Of a stretch of DNA of 64,000 nucleotides, positions 29,560 to 42,485 are shown one piece after another. Below the pieces are notes generated by a model. The model was not told the DNA's origin and ran no database searches. It was given only the letters and a program-made list of their open reading frames with translations. A program made the translations under genes and the position numbers. Within the stretch, counting starts at the first letter, position 1. The number at the start of each line of letters is the position of its first letter. Source of the DNA: the human T2T-CHM13v2.0 reference genome, Homo sapiens; NCBI RefSeq assembly GCF_009914755.1, contig NC_060944.1, one strand, 5' to 3'.

Positions 29560-29830
29560 TATACCCTGCTAGGTGAAGCCACCCCTGACCCCCAAAACTC
29601 AACATCAAGCCTCCTTTCCCACTCCCTGACTCCTCACCTTGTGTTATTTTTTCTTTACAGCACATTTCACTGCTTGCGATTCTGTGGATTCATGTATTGT
29701 CTGCCTGGCCTGCCAGGCTGTAAGCTGTCTGGGAGGCAGGGATGTACCTGTCCCGTTCATCACGGTATCCTGTCTCCAGCACCTCTTGCCTGGCCTGTGG
29801 TGGGTGCTCACACTTGCTGAAAGAGTGGCC
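29560..29830 (+). mobile_element. L2 3' fragment
   Basis: tgtaagctgtctgggaggcagggatg..cctggcctgtggtgggtgctca. Confidence 0.65.
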
Positions 29831-29914
29831 CTGATGCAGAAACATCTCCCCCTGGCCCTGGGTAGGCTAGACCAGCATGGGCTGTGGCACCTTCCTCCCG
29901 CTCTTCAGCTCTCC

Positions 29915-30620
29915 TGCTTCATTCATGGTGTTTCAGCAAAGGGGGCTGAGAGCCTCCTTGTGCTAGGTGCTCTTCTGGGCATTGGGAATTCAGTGATAAA
30001 CACAGACAAGAATCCCTGCTTACATGGAGTTTATCTCCAGCAGAGGAGTGAGACAAGTAAAGAGGCTAGCTGGTGATATGAGGTGTAAAGAAAACTGAAG
30101 CAGGGAAGGGCTGAGTTCTGGGGTTGAGTGTCTTCATTTTATATAGAATGGCCAAAGGAAGGCTTGGCTAAGAAGCAGTAACAGTGGAGCAAAAGCCTGC
30201 AGGGGCTGGGGGAGCCAGCCGTGTGGACGTCCAGAGGAAACATGTCTAAGCACAGGGAACAGCAGGTGCAAAGGCCCTGAGGCAGGAGCATGCCCAATGT
30301 GCCGAAGAACAGCAAGGGGGCCAGTGTGGCTGGCAGAGAGTGGGAAATAATATGGTCACATAGGGTCACTGCCAGAGGTGCAGTTTTTATTGTGAAGGAT
30401 GTGGGGAGCCCTCGGAGGGTCAGAGGCAGAGAAGGGGGTACAATCTGACTTCTGTTATAGAGGATTCCTTCTGCTGTGTGTTGAGGACTGGTTGTAGGGG
30501 CGGGAGTAGAAGCAGGGACTCCAGTGAGGAAGCTACTGCCTCTCCCAGGTGAGAGGTGACCACAGCTTGGATCAGGGTGGAGGCAGAGGAGGAGGTGAGG
30601 AGCTGTACTTTCACAGGATG
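29915..30620 (-). mobile_element. L2
   Basis: gtgcaaaggccctgaggcagga..ccagtgtggctgg; ccaggtgagaggtgac. Confidence 0.8.
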
Positions 30621-32249
30621 GACTCCTCTCTTCTCACCCAGAAGGCATTCCCGGTGGCCCCATATATCTCCCTCCCTCAGCAGTCAAGTTTCTGTGGGGG
30701 TAGGCTCTACTTCATCAGTGGTATCACATCTGTGTCACATTACCCATATTACACAGTGGATGCAGATGTGGGGGTTTCAGCTGGCAGGCTCCAAGGTGAA
30801 TCTAACCTGCAGGCAAGGTGTTAAACCCATTTTGAACTGTATAGGAGCATACTGCTTTCTGGTTTTGCCACAGACCTCACTATTCTCTTGTTTGCCAAAC
30901 ACTTCCGGTTTCACACATTTGTATTATCCGTCTGGCTCCAGAAGACATGCGAGGTTCGTATGAAGCAGGGCTGGTAACTCCACTCTGTACCAACCGAGAT
31001 ATCCATTTCACAGATCTTGTTAATCCCATTTCACAGAGGAGAGCAACTTAATTGGCTCAGCAATGAAATGACTACCCCAAGGTCATGCGGTTCTAAACTG
31101 GTGATTGTGGCTTTCTGGTTTTTAATGTCTCTCCACTCCATCCTACCGGCCTTACAGCTAGTGAGAGTTGAGAGAGAATTCTCTTCCTTTATCAGACAGA
31201 TATATTACCCTACTTGTAAATAGATGATTTCAGAAACAGAGTAATGGTGAAGAGACCGTCTAACTTGGGTTTGCACTCCCTTCCACTTCTAGGTAAAGAA
31301 CGGAAAACATTCACCCGTGTATTCCTCATTTGCATTACAAGAGCCGGGCAACCTGCTGATTTTACTGTGTACAATGAAGCTTTCACAAAGCATGTGTGCT
31401 TACGCTTCTCCAAATGAAGGGTTGCTCTCCAAAAGACGGTATCTGTAGCACGTGTGTGGTCGTTAGCACCTATTATTATACGTTTACGTTCATAGCTTTG
31501 TAGCTTCTTACTCCACAGTCCTGCCTACCCTTGGTCCTTAAAAGCAAACTTCGGAGGGTGGTTCTTACTGAAACTTGCCATATTCTGAATTAAATTTTAA
31601 AGACTTGATGACACCCTTGCTGGGGAATGAGAATTCAACAGAGTTAAAATTATATTCTTAAGTGTTCCTGGAGTCAGCCCCAAGTATTAAGGTACTCAGA
31701 AGTAAAAAGGCCTTTGCCCTCTGTGGGTTTCCAGGAAAAGAAAAGAAAGAAACTGAACAGTCATTTACCTTTTTCTACATTTCCCCAATTTTCTCAATCT
31801 GTTCCCATAGCAACCCTAATAGAGATTGGGTTGCTAGAAAAGCATTCATTTCTATAGAAACAATTTGTTCTATATGAGAAAAAGTTTACTTGGTAGCACA
31901 TGAAATCTAATATTAGGAGTTTGGTTTTGTTGGTGGATTTTTTTTTTTTTTTTTTTTTTTGTCAGCCAGAAGAATATTTCCCAAGCCACCTACAGACGTA
32001 TGTTGCATCTTTAAGCTCAAAATTTCATCTCCTAGTGTTTTCTCAAATTGGTTTTGGATGGAGGTTGCAGAGTCTCAGTCCCTTGGGATGTTGACTAAGA
32101 ATACAAAATTTTAAAAAGTTTAGATTATTTGCATACTCAAATACAAGGGATAGACTAGATGATCTCTTGAGGGGTTTTGTTTTTTTGGCCCAGGAATATG
32201 CTGTTTTTCTTGACGTTGCTGTGAAAATCCTGAGGGGTTTTGAATAGAA

Positions 32250-32780
32250 CAAGGTAGACAGCTTTGGATGTAAGCAGCAGAAGCTCAACTCAAAACTATT
32301 AAACAAACAAAAGAGGGGAATTTGTTAATTCTCGGATTTTAGAAGTCTAGAGGTTTCAGGTATGGCTGGATCCAGGGCTTATGGAGAAAGTAGCTTTTCC
32401 CTCCCTCAGCTCTGCCTTCCACTCTGCTGGCTTCATTCCCAGGCAGGCTCTTCTTAGGACGCTCCAGAAGCTCCAGTCCTACCCCCTACAGCTTCCAGTG
32501 GAAAGACAGGACCTCTTTTCCAATAGTTCCCGGAAAAGTTCTAAGTGGATTGACTTAGGTCACATGCCCACCCCTGAACCAATCACTGGGGACCGGGAAG
32601 GGAGGAGATGAGCTGATTGGCCAGACCTAGGTCAGGTGTTTCCCTTTGGAGTCAGAAGCGAGTTCAGCATCTCCCAGTCCCCACAGACTAAGAGATGGAG
32701 GAATGTTTCTAAAGTGGAGAATCAGAAGGTGGAGGCAGCTAAAAGGGGGATGGATGTGATCCAGGCACCAGTTGGTCATT
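32250..32780 (-). mobile_element. MLT1K-like LTR
   Basis: ttcaggtatggctggatccagggct; ggtcacatgcccacccctgaaccaatcact. Confidence 0.75.
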
Positions 32781-33285
32781 CCAGTGACTGATTCCAAATG
32801 GCTGAAGAGGACCCATTTGACCATATTCTCAAATTAGGGGGCTGGTCCTTAAAAGCTTGCTTCATCCCAGCTGGACAGAGAGAGGGAGCTGACCAGTTAG
32901 GGCTTCCCTTTCCCATCACTTCATTTTTCTAATTAATCTGTTACCAGCTCCACCTCAAGAATATACTTCAAACAAGATTTTTTTCCCCCTTCTAAAGGGA
33001 GTTGAAAAAAATCAGAATACATTTGCATGCTGCCTAAAACATTCTGAACCCGTGTCTTATCAGTACCACTGAACAACCTTGTCTTTTCAGGGCTGGTAGC
33101 TATATAATTATAGCTACCTTCAGCCTCGCCAGCTCTCTCTTGAAAAGGTTATCGTGAACAGGGGATGAAAAATCATTTGGAAACATAGCCTAGGTCTGTT
33201 TTTCAATTGTCTTTTCATCCCATAGTTCAGAGAGTTCGAGAAAATAATGTGTTAGCAGCACATAAGTAACCTCATATACATATGT

Positions 33286-33589
<304 letters not shown>

Positions 33590-34296
33590 ATATATTTTTT
33601 TCTTGAAAAAAATATTTCGTGAGACGATTAAGGTGCGAATTATTTCAGGGAAGGTGTTGGTGAGTGGTCAGTAATTTAAATTAACAGGATTTCCGGGGCT
33701 TATTTAAGAGCCTAAAATAGAATTGCTAAAATTCAGAGAGCGTTTTACTTTAACTTCTGCTATAGGGACTCTTTTGCCTTAAAAATGCTTTGTTTTCATC
33801 GCCATTAGCTTGCAAAGATATTTTAAAAGTTTAAAATATCCTTAGGATTTTTTTCCTTGTTAATAAACTGGGTTAATGATTTCCATGGAGATTACTTCCA
33901 ACGAGGCTCTTGTATTTTAGGCAAGCAGCTATCCTGTTGGGATCAGAAAGGAATCATTTGAAACCTTTAATCTCCTAGCAAGACTAAGTGCTTCTGGTGA
34001 ATGAACCCCTGGGTCTCAGTGGGACATTTGAGAGGCCCTTTAAGGTACAAAGCGCTGTGTTTCAGAAGACATAATCTTTCAAGTAGGACTCACAAGTGAG
34101 GGACTTTGACCAGCCTGGTTGAGGGAAGTGTGTGCATGCCTGTGTGTGTGTGTGTGCCTTGCACGCATTGGGGGTTGGGAAATTTGTGTTCTGTTAGTGG
34201 AGGGTGTCCTTTATAACACTGAGAATGAGGGTGATGTTCTGGTTTAAAACCCCTGTAACTTACATGAACTTCCACGAGCAGAGACGGGTGTTGTTG

Positions 34297-34465
34297 AGCA
34301 GAGTTTCCTGCACAAAATGTACAGTTGCATCACCTGGCATCTTGTCAAAGCACAGGTTCTGATGCAGGAGGTTAAGGATGGGGCCTGGGATTTGGTGTTT
34401 GTGACAAACTCCCAGATAATTCCATCCCCATGCTGCTGGTCCCTGGACCACACGTGGAGTAGAGA
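34297..34465. mobile_element. MER5-type hAT MITE
   Basis: gatggggcctgggatttg..acaaactcccag..tgctgctggtccctggaccacac. Confidence 0.7.
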
Positions 34466-35113
34466 GAGTACAGACCACTTCGTTTCACCTCCACTGGGAA
34501 GAGACCGAAAATCACATTTTGGATCCTGCCAGTCCTTAGCAGCGCTGATTCTGGTGTATCTTGGGACTTTATGTCATCCCCGAAAAAGGGATCCCCTAAG
34601 AAGGGTAAAGCCCGAACACCTTTTAAGTCATCAGTTCTAGACTAGCTGATGTCCTCTAATCCTGGCAAGGAATCTGGCTGCAGGTAAATGGTGGTTGCAG
34701 GGGAGACAGATCAGCAATGATTCAGGCAAAACTTTTCTTCTAAAGCAGAAATGATAAATGAAGCTTATTGTTTCTTCAGAATTTCTTTGTGTCATTCTCA
34801 GCTACGGGGACTATTAAAGTATATTTCCCAAGGGAGTGGTGGTATTCGGTGATGTCCTTGTTCATTTAGCTGAAGGCAGATTTCCCTGTTTCCCTCAATG
34901 GGAGATGATCTTGTACCTGAGTCTTTAGTGAAGAAGCAGCTACACTGAAGCCTTTCATCAGAATTCTCAATGAGGCAGCAGACTCAGAGAGAAGAAAGAA
35001 GCAGGCCCTTCTGAGCTTTTTGGAGAATTGCAAAGCAGGCAGCCTGTATCAGGTAGCTACTGACATATAACAAATAACCCCAAAACGTAATGGCTTCAAA
35101 CAAATAACCTTTT

Positions 35114-35325
35114 TAAGAATATTTTTTATTATGGATTCAGGGGGTACCTGTGCAAGTTTATTACATGGATATATTGTGTAATGGTGAAGTTTGGGCTTCT
35201 AGTGGACGCATCACCCAAACAGTGAACGTTCTACCCAATAAGTGGTTTTTCAACCTCACTCTCATCTCACCCTTCCCCCTTTTGGAGTCCCCAGTGCCTA
35301 TTATTTCCATCTTGATGTCCTTTCA
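35114..35325 (-). mobile_element. L1PB-like 3' end
   Basis: gattcagggggtacctgtgcaagtttattacatggatatattgtgtaatggtga..ggagtccccagtg. Confidence 0.85.
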
Positions 35326-35329
35326 AGCA

Positions 35330-35449
35330 ATAATTTTTAAACCATTATACTATCCATATGTATCCCATAACATCATGTTGTAAACCTCAAATATACACAA
35401 TAACATTTATTTTTAAAACATAAATCATTTTTTAAAATGAAAAAGCCCC
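35330..35449 (+). mobile_element. L1MA-like 3' end
   Basis: atgtatcccataacatcatgttgtaaacctcaaatatacacaataa. Confidence 0.75.
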
Positions 35450-36384
35450 AATAACCTTTTATTATCATGATTATTTCTCATGAGTTGATGTGTAGGCTGG
35501 GCAGTTGTGCTGATCCCAGTTGGTCCCATTGATTTGTCCATGGTCAGCTGGTGGTTCCGCTGGGGGCTGGTGGTCTAGCATGGTCTTTGCTGGGACCACT
35601 TGGCTCTTCCACCTACCACCACATTCGTCACAGTCTGACACGTTCCCATGGCGGTGGCAGTGGTCCCTGAGAGAGCTATAGTATCCCAATCATGCAGGAG
35701 GACAAGTGGGAATACCCTCAGGCTTTTCAAGCTCTGCTGGCATCAGATGGGCTAACATACCCCAGTGGCCAAAGCAAGTCATATGCCTGAACCCAGAGTC
35801 AGGGAGTGTGGGACCAGAAAGCTGAAGCAAAGAGCATGAATGCAGGGAAGCCATTAGTGAAATTCAGGAATGAACAAGCCCCTCTCTTAATGCTTGAGAC
35901 TGAGTTTGTAAATCTCTGAGTATAGACAAAACTTTTCATTCATTCACTTATTCATTCGTTCATTCATGAAACATTTATTATTTCTCTCTTATGCAAAGCA
36001 CTGGGCTCAGTCAGACTTGACTTCGGAGTTTTACTTGCCTTGAGATCTACACCCACTTAACTTCCACCTCCAGATCGTCTCCATGTGGAAACTGCAGAAA
36101 GCTTTTGCTGACTCCTCAGCGGGGCCCGTGGGACCTGTGGAATCATTCTGTGGAATGAGGCAGAGGGTCCCCTCCCCAACGCCCACAGGGCAGCTACTGC
36201 CTGTTGCCATGGAGATGCTGGATAGCTTTAAACAGACCCTACCTGCTACCCACTTCTGGGGCGGCTGCCTTGCAAGATGAAAGGGCCTGGCTAGAACTCA
36301 GAAGGTCTGCTGTCCTCTTAGGCCCTTGGGTTGATCGCCTCATGGAGGCTGTTTTGATCATCATCATCAATGCAAATAATTAAA

Positions 36385-36896
36385 ATTTTTAAAAACAATT
36401 TTTGTGGGTATATAGTAGGTATATGTATTTATGGGATATATGAGATGTTTTGATACAGGCATGAAATCTGTCATAATCACAACATGGAAAATGGGGTATC
36501 CATCCCCTCAAGCACTTATCCTTTGTGTTACAAATAATCCAGTTATACTGTTTTAAAATAAAACAGTATGTACAATTAAATTGTACATTTAATTTAAAAT
36601 GCACAATAATTAATTGTACATTTAAAAATAACTCAATTATTTAAAATTATTTAAAATAATTATTTAAATAAAATAAATAAATAAATAATTGAGTTATTTT
36701 AAAATGCACAATTATTGACTATAGTCACCCTGTCGTGCTATCAAATACTAGGTCTTGTTCTATTTTTTTGTGCCCATCAACCATCCCCACCTCCCCAATT
36801 TCCCACTGCCTTTCCCAGCCTCTGGTAACCATCCCTGTACTCTCTATCTTCTTGAGTTCAATTGTTTAGATTTTTAGATCCCACAAATAAGTGAGG
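36385..36896 (-). mobile_element. L1MA (1-3-like) 3' fragment with internal palindromic insert
   Basis: gtgggtatatagtagg..gatacaggcatg; TSD atgcaaataat (36370-36380, 36897-36907). Confidence 0.9.
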
Positions 36897-37039
36897 ATGC
36901 AAATAATCTTTCCCTCACAGTTTCGTTGGTTTGGTTTAGGTGGATTTAGAAGCATATTGTAAACCCTAAAGAGCCATGAGCATGTCAGGGTTTATTACAA
37001 GTAGGAAGGAGAAGCCAAAAGTTCTCTCCCAGCGTGGTC

Positions 37040-37205
37040 ATCGATGATGTGCTGGGAAACTGGATGTGGGAAGGGCCGGGGAAGAGCCCAGGATTAGAGT
37101 GATTGCTGATTTCCTTGGTGTAAATACATCATGGCTGATTTCTATCAAGGTTGCTACCAATGATTTAACAACCTACTTGTAGAATTCTCCTACAAACAGC
37201 ATCAT
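37040..37205. mobile_element. MER63-like hAT fragment
   Basis: tggtgtaaatac..catggctgatttc..gctaccaatgatttaacaacc. Confidence 0.5.
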
Positions 37206-37209
37206 GCTT

Positions 37210-38070
37210 GACCTTACAGCACCCATATGAAGGAGGTACACTTTTGACATTCTCACTTTACAGATGGAACAATTGAGATTCAGGGAGGGAGGCTGAGTAT
37301 GTGCCCAGAGTCCCACAGCTACAGGTCCCACAGCTACAGCTACAGGGTATGATGAGGCATGTCAGACCCTCCATTTTCCCACATTTAATCACTAGAACAC
37401 CTGGATATTTAACAACTTGCTTTCTCAAGCTGGTAGGAGCCAGTTCTAGTTCCCCTGACTTAGCTCAGGTACCTGCCTGCCTGGGTTTGAACTGGCCCCG
37501 CCTTTTACTGTCTCGGTGATTTTGTGCAAGTGACTACGCTCTGTCTGTTGGTAATAAGGGGATCTAACAGTACCTGCCTTCTAGGGTTGAAATAAAGATT
37601 CAATGAGATGAGGTGCATGTGAGGTATCTCACATACAGTAAGTGCTCGATGAGTGCCAGCTGTTACGGGTGCTACAGCTCTAGGGCAAGTGATCATGCAA
37701 GGGTCTGAGGAGACTACGCTGTCACCACAGGGTTCCCTAGTCCTGTCATCTGAAAGTTGTTGGTTCACCCCATTTCCAGCCCATTTTTCCACCTAAGCAC
37801 CTGTGAGTGGAGCTTTTCCAGCCTCCTACAAACCATCCATTCATCTCATTCTGCAGAGCTCAGCGAGCACTTCCCTTGTGTCGGGCTCCTACAAACAGCA
37901 TCACACTCGTCCTCACAGCAGCCCTGCGAGGAAAGGACATTTTTAACATCCCCACTTTACAGATGGAACAATTGGGTTTCAGGGAGGCTGAGTAGGTCCC
38001 CAGAATCCCACGGCTACAAGTCAGGAGAGTCAGGATTCGAATCCAGAGTCTTTGTGTCTAAACCACCCTC
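37210..38070. mobile_element. Three MIRs (- 37210-37380, + 37470-37670, - 37840-38070)
   Basis: cactttacagatggaacaattg twice; tgcctgggtttgaact..gagggttgaaataaagattcaatgag-like 3' half. Confidence 0.75.
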
Positions 38071-38124
38071 CCCCTTTTTCGAAAGAAAAAAACAATTATG
38101 TAGAGTAACTTCTTGATTTTATAT

Positions 38125-38290
38125 ATTTTCTTTTTAAAATAGCCTTATTGAAATGTAATTTACATACATAAAATTCATCTTTCAAAAGTGGGAAATTCTG
38201 TGGTTTTTAGTACATTCCCCAAATTGTGCAACCATCGCCGCTATCTAACTTTAGAACCTTTCCATCAGCCCCAAAAGAAAACCCAGACGC
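38125..38290 (-). mobile_element. L1M 3' fragment
   Basis: ttattgaaatgtaatttacatacataaaattc..ttgtgcaaccatc. Confidence 0.8.
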
Positions 38291-39694
38291 CCCCTCTTCT
38301 CAAAGAAATGCAGAGGCTCTGGACACATCCATCTCTCAGCTTCTGCAGAAACCACCTGCAGCTCAGCCCACTGCCCCTACAGGTAGGTGGGGAGGGAGGC
38401 TCTTAAGCAGAATCATTTTGCTCACATTCACTGAAAATCTCCAGGTCCCTAAAAAGCTTTGCCTGATTGTATTGAACTATTTATTGCCCTCCCTCTCAGT
38501 GTGAAGGGGGAGTATTTAATTATTTCCAGAGACACAGGCTGTTGTCATTTTATCTCCTTGATCTCCACCCCTACCGCCCTTCATGGTTTCGGGAGAAAGC
38601 TGCTGGGTGGAAGGTGCTGGTATCTTCCTTGCCTGTGATTAGAAGCCTCTCTCACTGGAGCTTTTGCTTCCGCTCGTTTTCCCCTTTGCCTCCTTTCAGC
38701 TGCCCCTTCCCGAAGCCGAATATCACCTGATTTTAGGCGCTGGGGATAAAGGAGCTGTGATTGGGACCTCCTGGTGTGCCAATCAAACACAGAAATGAAA
38801 GATTGGTTTTTCAAGACAAACCTGGAGGCAGCTGTTTGGTGCTTAAAAATCAGGCTGTGTTTAATCACTGAGGGGAAAACGTATCAATTGCAGTCTGATC
38901 ACAGTATTGTCTAAACAGCCCCGGGAATTGGTAAATGACATGTGCAGGGTATTTTTAGCTCATGTTTTTAGAAGCTGAACAGTTTATCACCTCCCCACCC
39001 ACCCCCCTGCCCCGACCTTGTTACCCCTTTCAGGCTGATCCTCTGTGATTCTGTTAGTTTCACCTTCCAAGGGGCTGTTAGATATGCAAACCGCATTCTT
39101 CTCCCTTACCTTCCAGACTTTTTCTTTGTTCAGTGGTGGTGGCTGTAAGGGAGAGAAGTGGTTGAGGAAAATAATTTATCTTTGGCTGTTTTTGAGGTTT
39201 GAGGTTCTCCGATGTGTAAGCAGTGGCTCGTGTTTGCACTTCCTGAATGCCTTTTCTCACCCTCTAGTAAATGCCTATTGGCATTTGGGAAGAAAGAATT
39301 TAGCAACATTCCAGTTGATCCCAGGGTTACAGAGAGAGCCAGTGGCAATAGACCTCCTGGGACCCTCACCCAGTGCTCTTGGGGTTTACGTCCCGGGTTG
39401 TACATTTAGGCTTAACGGCCTCTGTGTGACCTTGTCCACAAAACAAGACGTTTCATTCCTTTGTGGACCTCAGGGCCTTTCCCATGGAAGGAAGTCGATG
39501 AATTCTTACTAAAGGAATAAACTTCAGAACCAAAGCCCGCGAGTGTTCGGTGTACTTTTTCTTCTTTCCTTATCATGAATAAGCCGGACTTCCCAATTGC
39601 AATAGCACTTGAATGGCATCATTGGCAATCACTCCGATGGCGCAGGTCCTGGCCGGCTGCTTCCCATGTGCAGCCTCTTATCCCCCTCTGAGGG

Positions 39695-39913
39695 CAGGGT
39701 TTCTCAGCCTTGGCTGTTGATATGTGGGGCACTTGGCAATTCTTTGCTGTGCAGGGCTTTCCTGAATATTACAGGATGATGAGCTGAATCATTGGTCTCT
39801 ACTCTACCCACGAGCATCCCCCTCTCTGTATGACAACCTCAAATTTCTTCAGACATTGCCGAATGGACCCTGGGCAAGGATGGAGGGGGTCACCCCCCAG
39901 TTAAGAACCACTG
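39695..39913 (+). mobile_element. MER20 hAT MITE
   Basis: cagggtttctcagcct..cagacattgcc..gttaagaaccactg terminal inverted repeats. Confidence 0.85.
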
Positions 39914-39955
39914 GAGTATTTGGGGAGGCAAAAGGAAAAAAAAGTAGACTGAAAA

Positions 39956-40587
39956 TGTCAGAGGCATTCGAACTAGAGCAACTCCATCTTGAATAGGGGC
40001 GGGGTAAAATGAAGCTGAGACCTACTGGGCTGCATTCCCAGGAGGTTAAGACGTTCTTAGTCACAGGATGAGATAGGTCTGAAGATACAGGTCTCAAAGA
40101 CCTTGCTGATAAAACAGCCTGCAGTAAAAAAGCCGGCCGAAACCCACCAAAACCAGGGTGGTGACAAAAGTGACCTCTGGTCAGCCTCCCTGCTCCTTAT
40201 ACACTAATTATAATGTATCAGCATGCTAGAAGACACTCCCACCAGCACCATGACCGTTTACAAATGCCATGGCAACACCCAGAAGTCACCCTATATGGTC
40301 TGAAAAGGGGAGGAACCCTCACTTCCAGCAATTGCCCACCCCTTTCCTGGAAAACTCATGAATAATCCACCCCTTGTTTAGCATATAATTAAGAAATAAC
40401 TATAAGTATAAGCAGCTGAGCAGCCCATGCCGCTGCTCTGCCTATGGAGTAGCCGTTCTTTATCCCTTTACGTTCCTAATAAACTTGCTTGCACTGTACT
40501 CTATGGACTTGCCCTGAATTCTTTCTTGCACAAGGTCCAAGACCCCTCTCTTCATGTCTGCATCGGGACCCCTTTCCGGAAATAACA
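39956..40587 (+). mobile_element. MER41B solo LTR (ERV1), full length
   Basis: tgtcagaggcattcgaactagagcaactccatcttgaatagg..taaca, 632 bp; keeps the GAS-bearing segment absent in MER41A. Confidence 0.92.
40344..40352. promoter_or_regulatory. STAT GAS motif TTCCTGGAA within MER41B
   Basis: Matches TTCNNNGAA at the known MER41B tandem-GAS position. Confidence 0.55.
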
Positions 40588-40594
40588 TCAGGGA

Positions 40595-40918
<324 letters not shown>

Positions 40919-40999
40919 CCCAGGGAAAGGAAAAGAAAACAGGAAAGAATCACGCAGGGAGAAAAGAAGTGTAGCACAGAGGGAAACAGACATGGGCGG

Positions 41000-41180
41000 A
41001 GTTTGACTGACTAGACCTGGCCTTGGTCCTGGGCCCTGCGGCTGACTTGGCTAGGGGACCCTGGGCAAGACTTCGCCTTTCCTGTGCCTTGGTTTCATCT
41101 GTAAGATGAGCACCTGCCACACAGGGTTTGTTGCAAAGAGCAAAGAAATTGCCTTTTGTGAAAGTGCTATACCAGTGCAA
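41000..41180 (+). mobile_element. MIR
   Basis: accctgggcaagac..gtgccttggtttcatctgtaag. Confidence 0.7.
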
Positions 41181-42485
41181 GCTTTTTTTGTGTATGCTAC
41201 TGACATGTGTGTATTGTCAGATCAATTTCTCCTTTTGCCAGTGTCAGATTCACCTATGACAAGAGACAGTCCTGAGTTTACCATATGCTCTGTGAGGATT
41301 AGCAGTATGTCATTGCATTCTCATTTATGGTCAGAGAATAATTTGATTAAAAGCCTGTTTGGACAAGGTGCAAAGCAACGGCAATGGCAGGGCCAGCCAG
41401 AGGTGACAGAGTTTTGTGGAAGAGAAAATAGGTTTGGAATTTTCGGTTCTAGAAGCCTCTGCATCATCTCTCGTCTCTCCCGTCTTTGCAGAATTCAGCC
41501 GCAGGACTTTCTCAAGTTGTTTGGAAAACACAGCTGAAAATTATACCTGGCAAGTATGGCTCTCTGTCCACACACTTAGGGAGACAAGAAATAGAACATT
41601 CCTTTATTTTCTTTAAATTGACTTGAAGCCTCCCTCACTTGTTCTTGGTTGGGTACAGAAAGATTTGGAACCTTACATAGCCCCAAATGCCTGGCCAGGC
41701 GCTGATGGTCACCTGTCCACATGGGTCACGTTGGAGACATATATTGTCCCAGCCCATATAATGTCCCAGGTTGGCTGCTTCCTTCCTAGCCACTCTTGGT
41801 CAGACTGAGACCCTGTGGCCATATTCCCTCCCAAGGGCATGACACTGCCCCATCCACCTGCAGCATGGCCAAGGATCAGGGCCCAGGATCCCAGCTTGAG
41901 GAATCCTTGTATGCTCTGGGGTCACCCCTCCCTCTCCCTTCTTGTATTCCTCAGGGACGCTCATGTCTGCTCTCCTGGCATTTCAGGACGTGTGACCAAT
42001 CCCACCCATGAGCTATGTGTCCTTTGAAAACAAAGTTTCAGCTTTCCCAATCCTGCAAACACTCTCTCCCCTCCAGACCAGGCCAGAAAGCACAGAGTTA
42101 GCCTGGCTAAAACAGAGGATGAGAAAGTGAACACACAGGGAGAACCCCAGACACTAACATTTCAAAAAACAGTCCTGCCATTTATTTCTCATCCCCAGCA
42201 TCCAGGCCCACCTGGCCAAGTTTCCAAAGTGGAGAGAACCATCCAAGACTAGAGCCAGGGGACATGGACGATGCTGGCATGTAGTAGGTGCTCAATGCAC
42301 AGCTGCTCCATGCCCACCACTGGAACTCCACCTGGTGGGTGAGCCACTGAAGGGAGAATTGGGGTTTGCCATTCTTCCAGCTGCCTTCGTCATGTTCAGA
42401 GTCATTTGTGTTCTCTGCTCTGCTGCTCAGTACAAGTTGGGAAGCTTCTCAGCATGCCAAAGGGGCTCTTTCTTCTTTAATATAG

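Larger units (their letters stand above)
35046..35860 (-). mobile_element. MLT1H-like LTR interrupted by L1 pieces
   Basis: tgtatcaggtagct..taacaaataaccccaaaac; resumes ggctgggcagtt..gtcagctggtgg. Confidence 0.75.
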
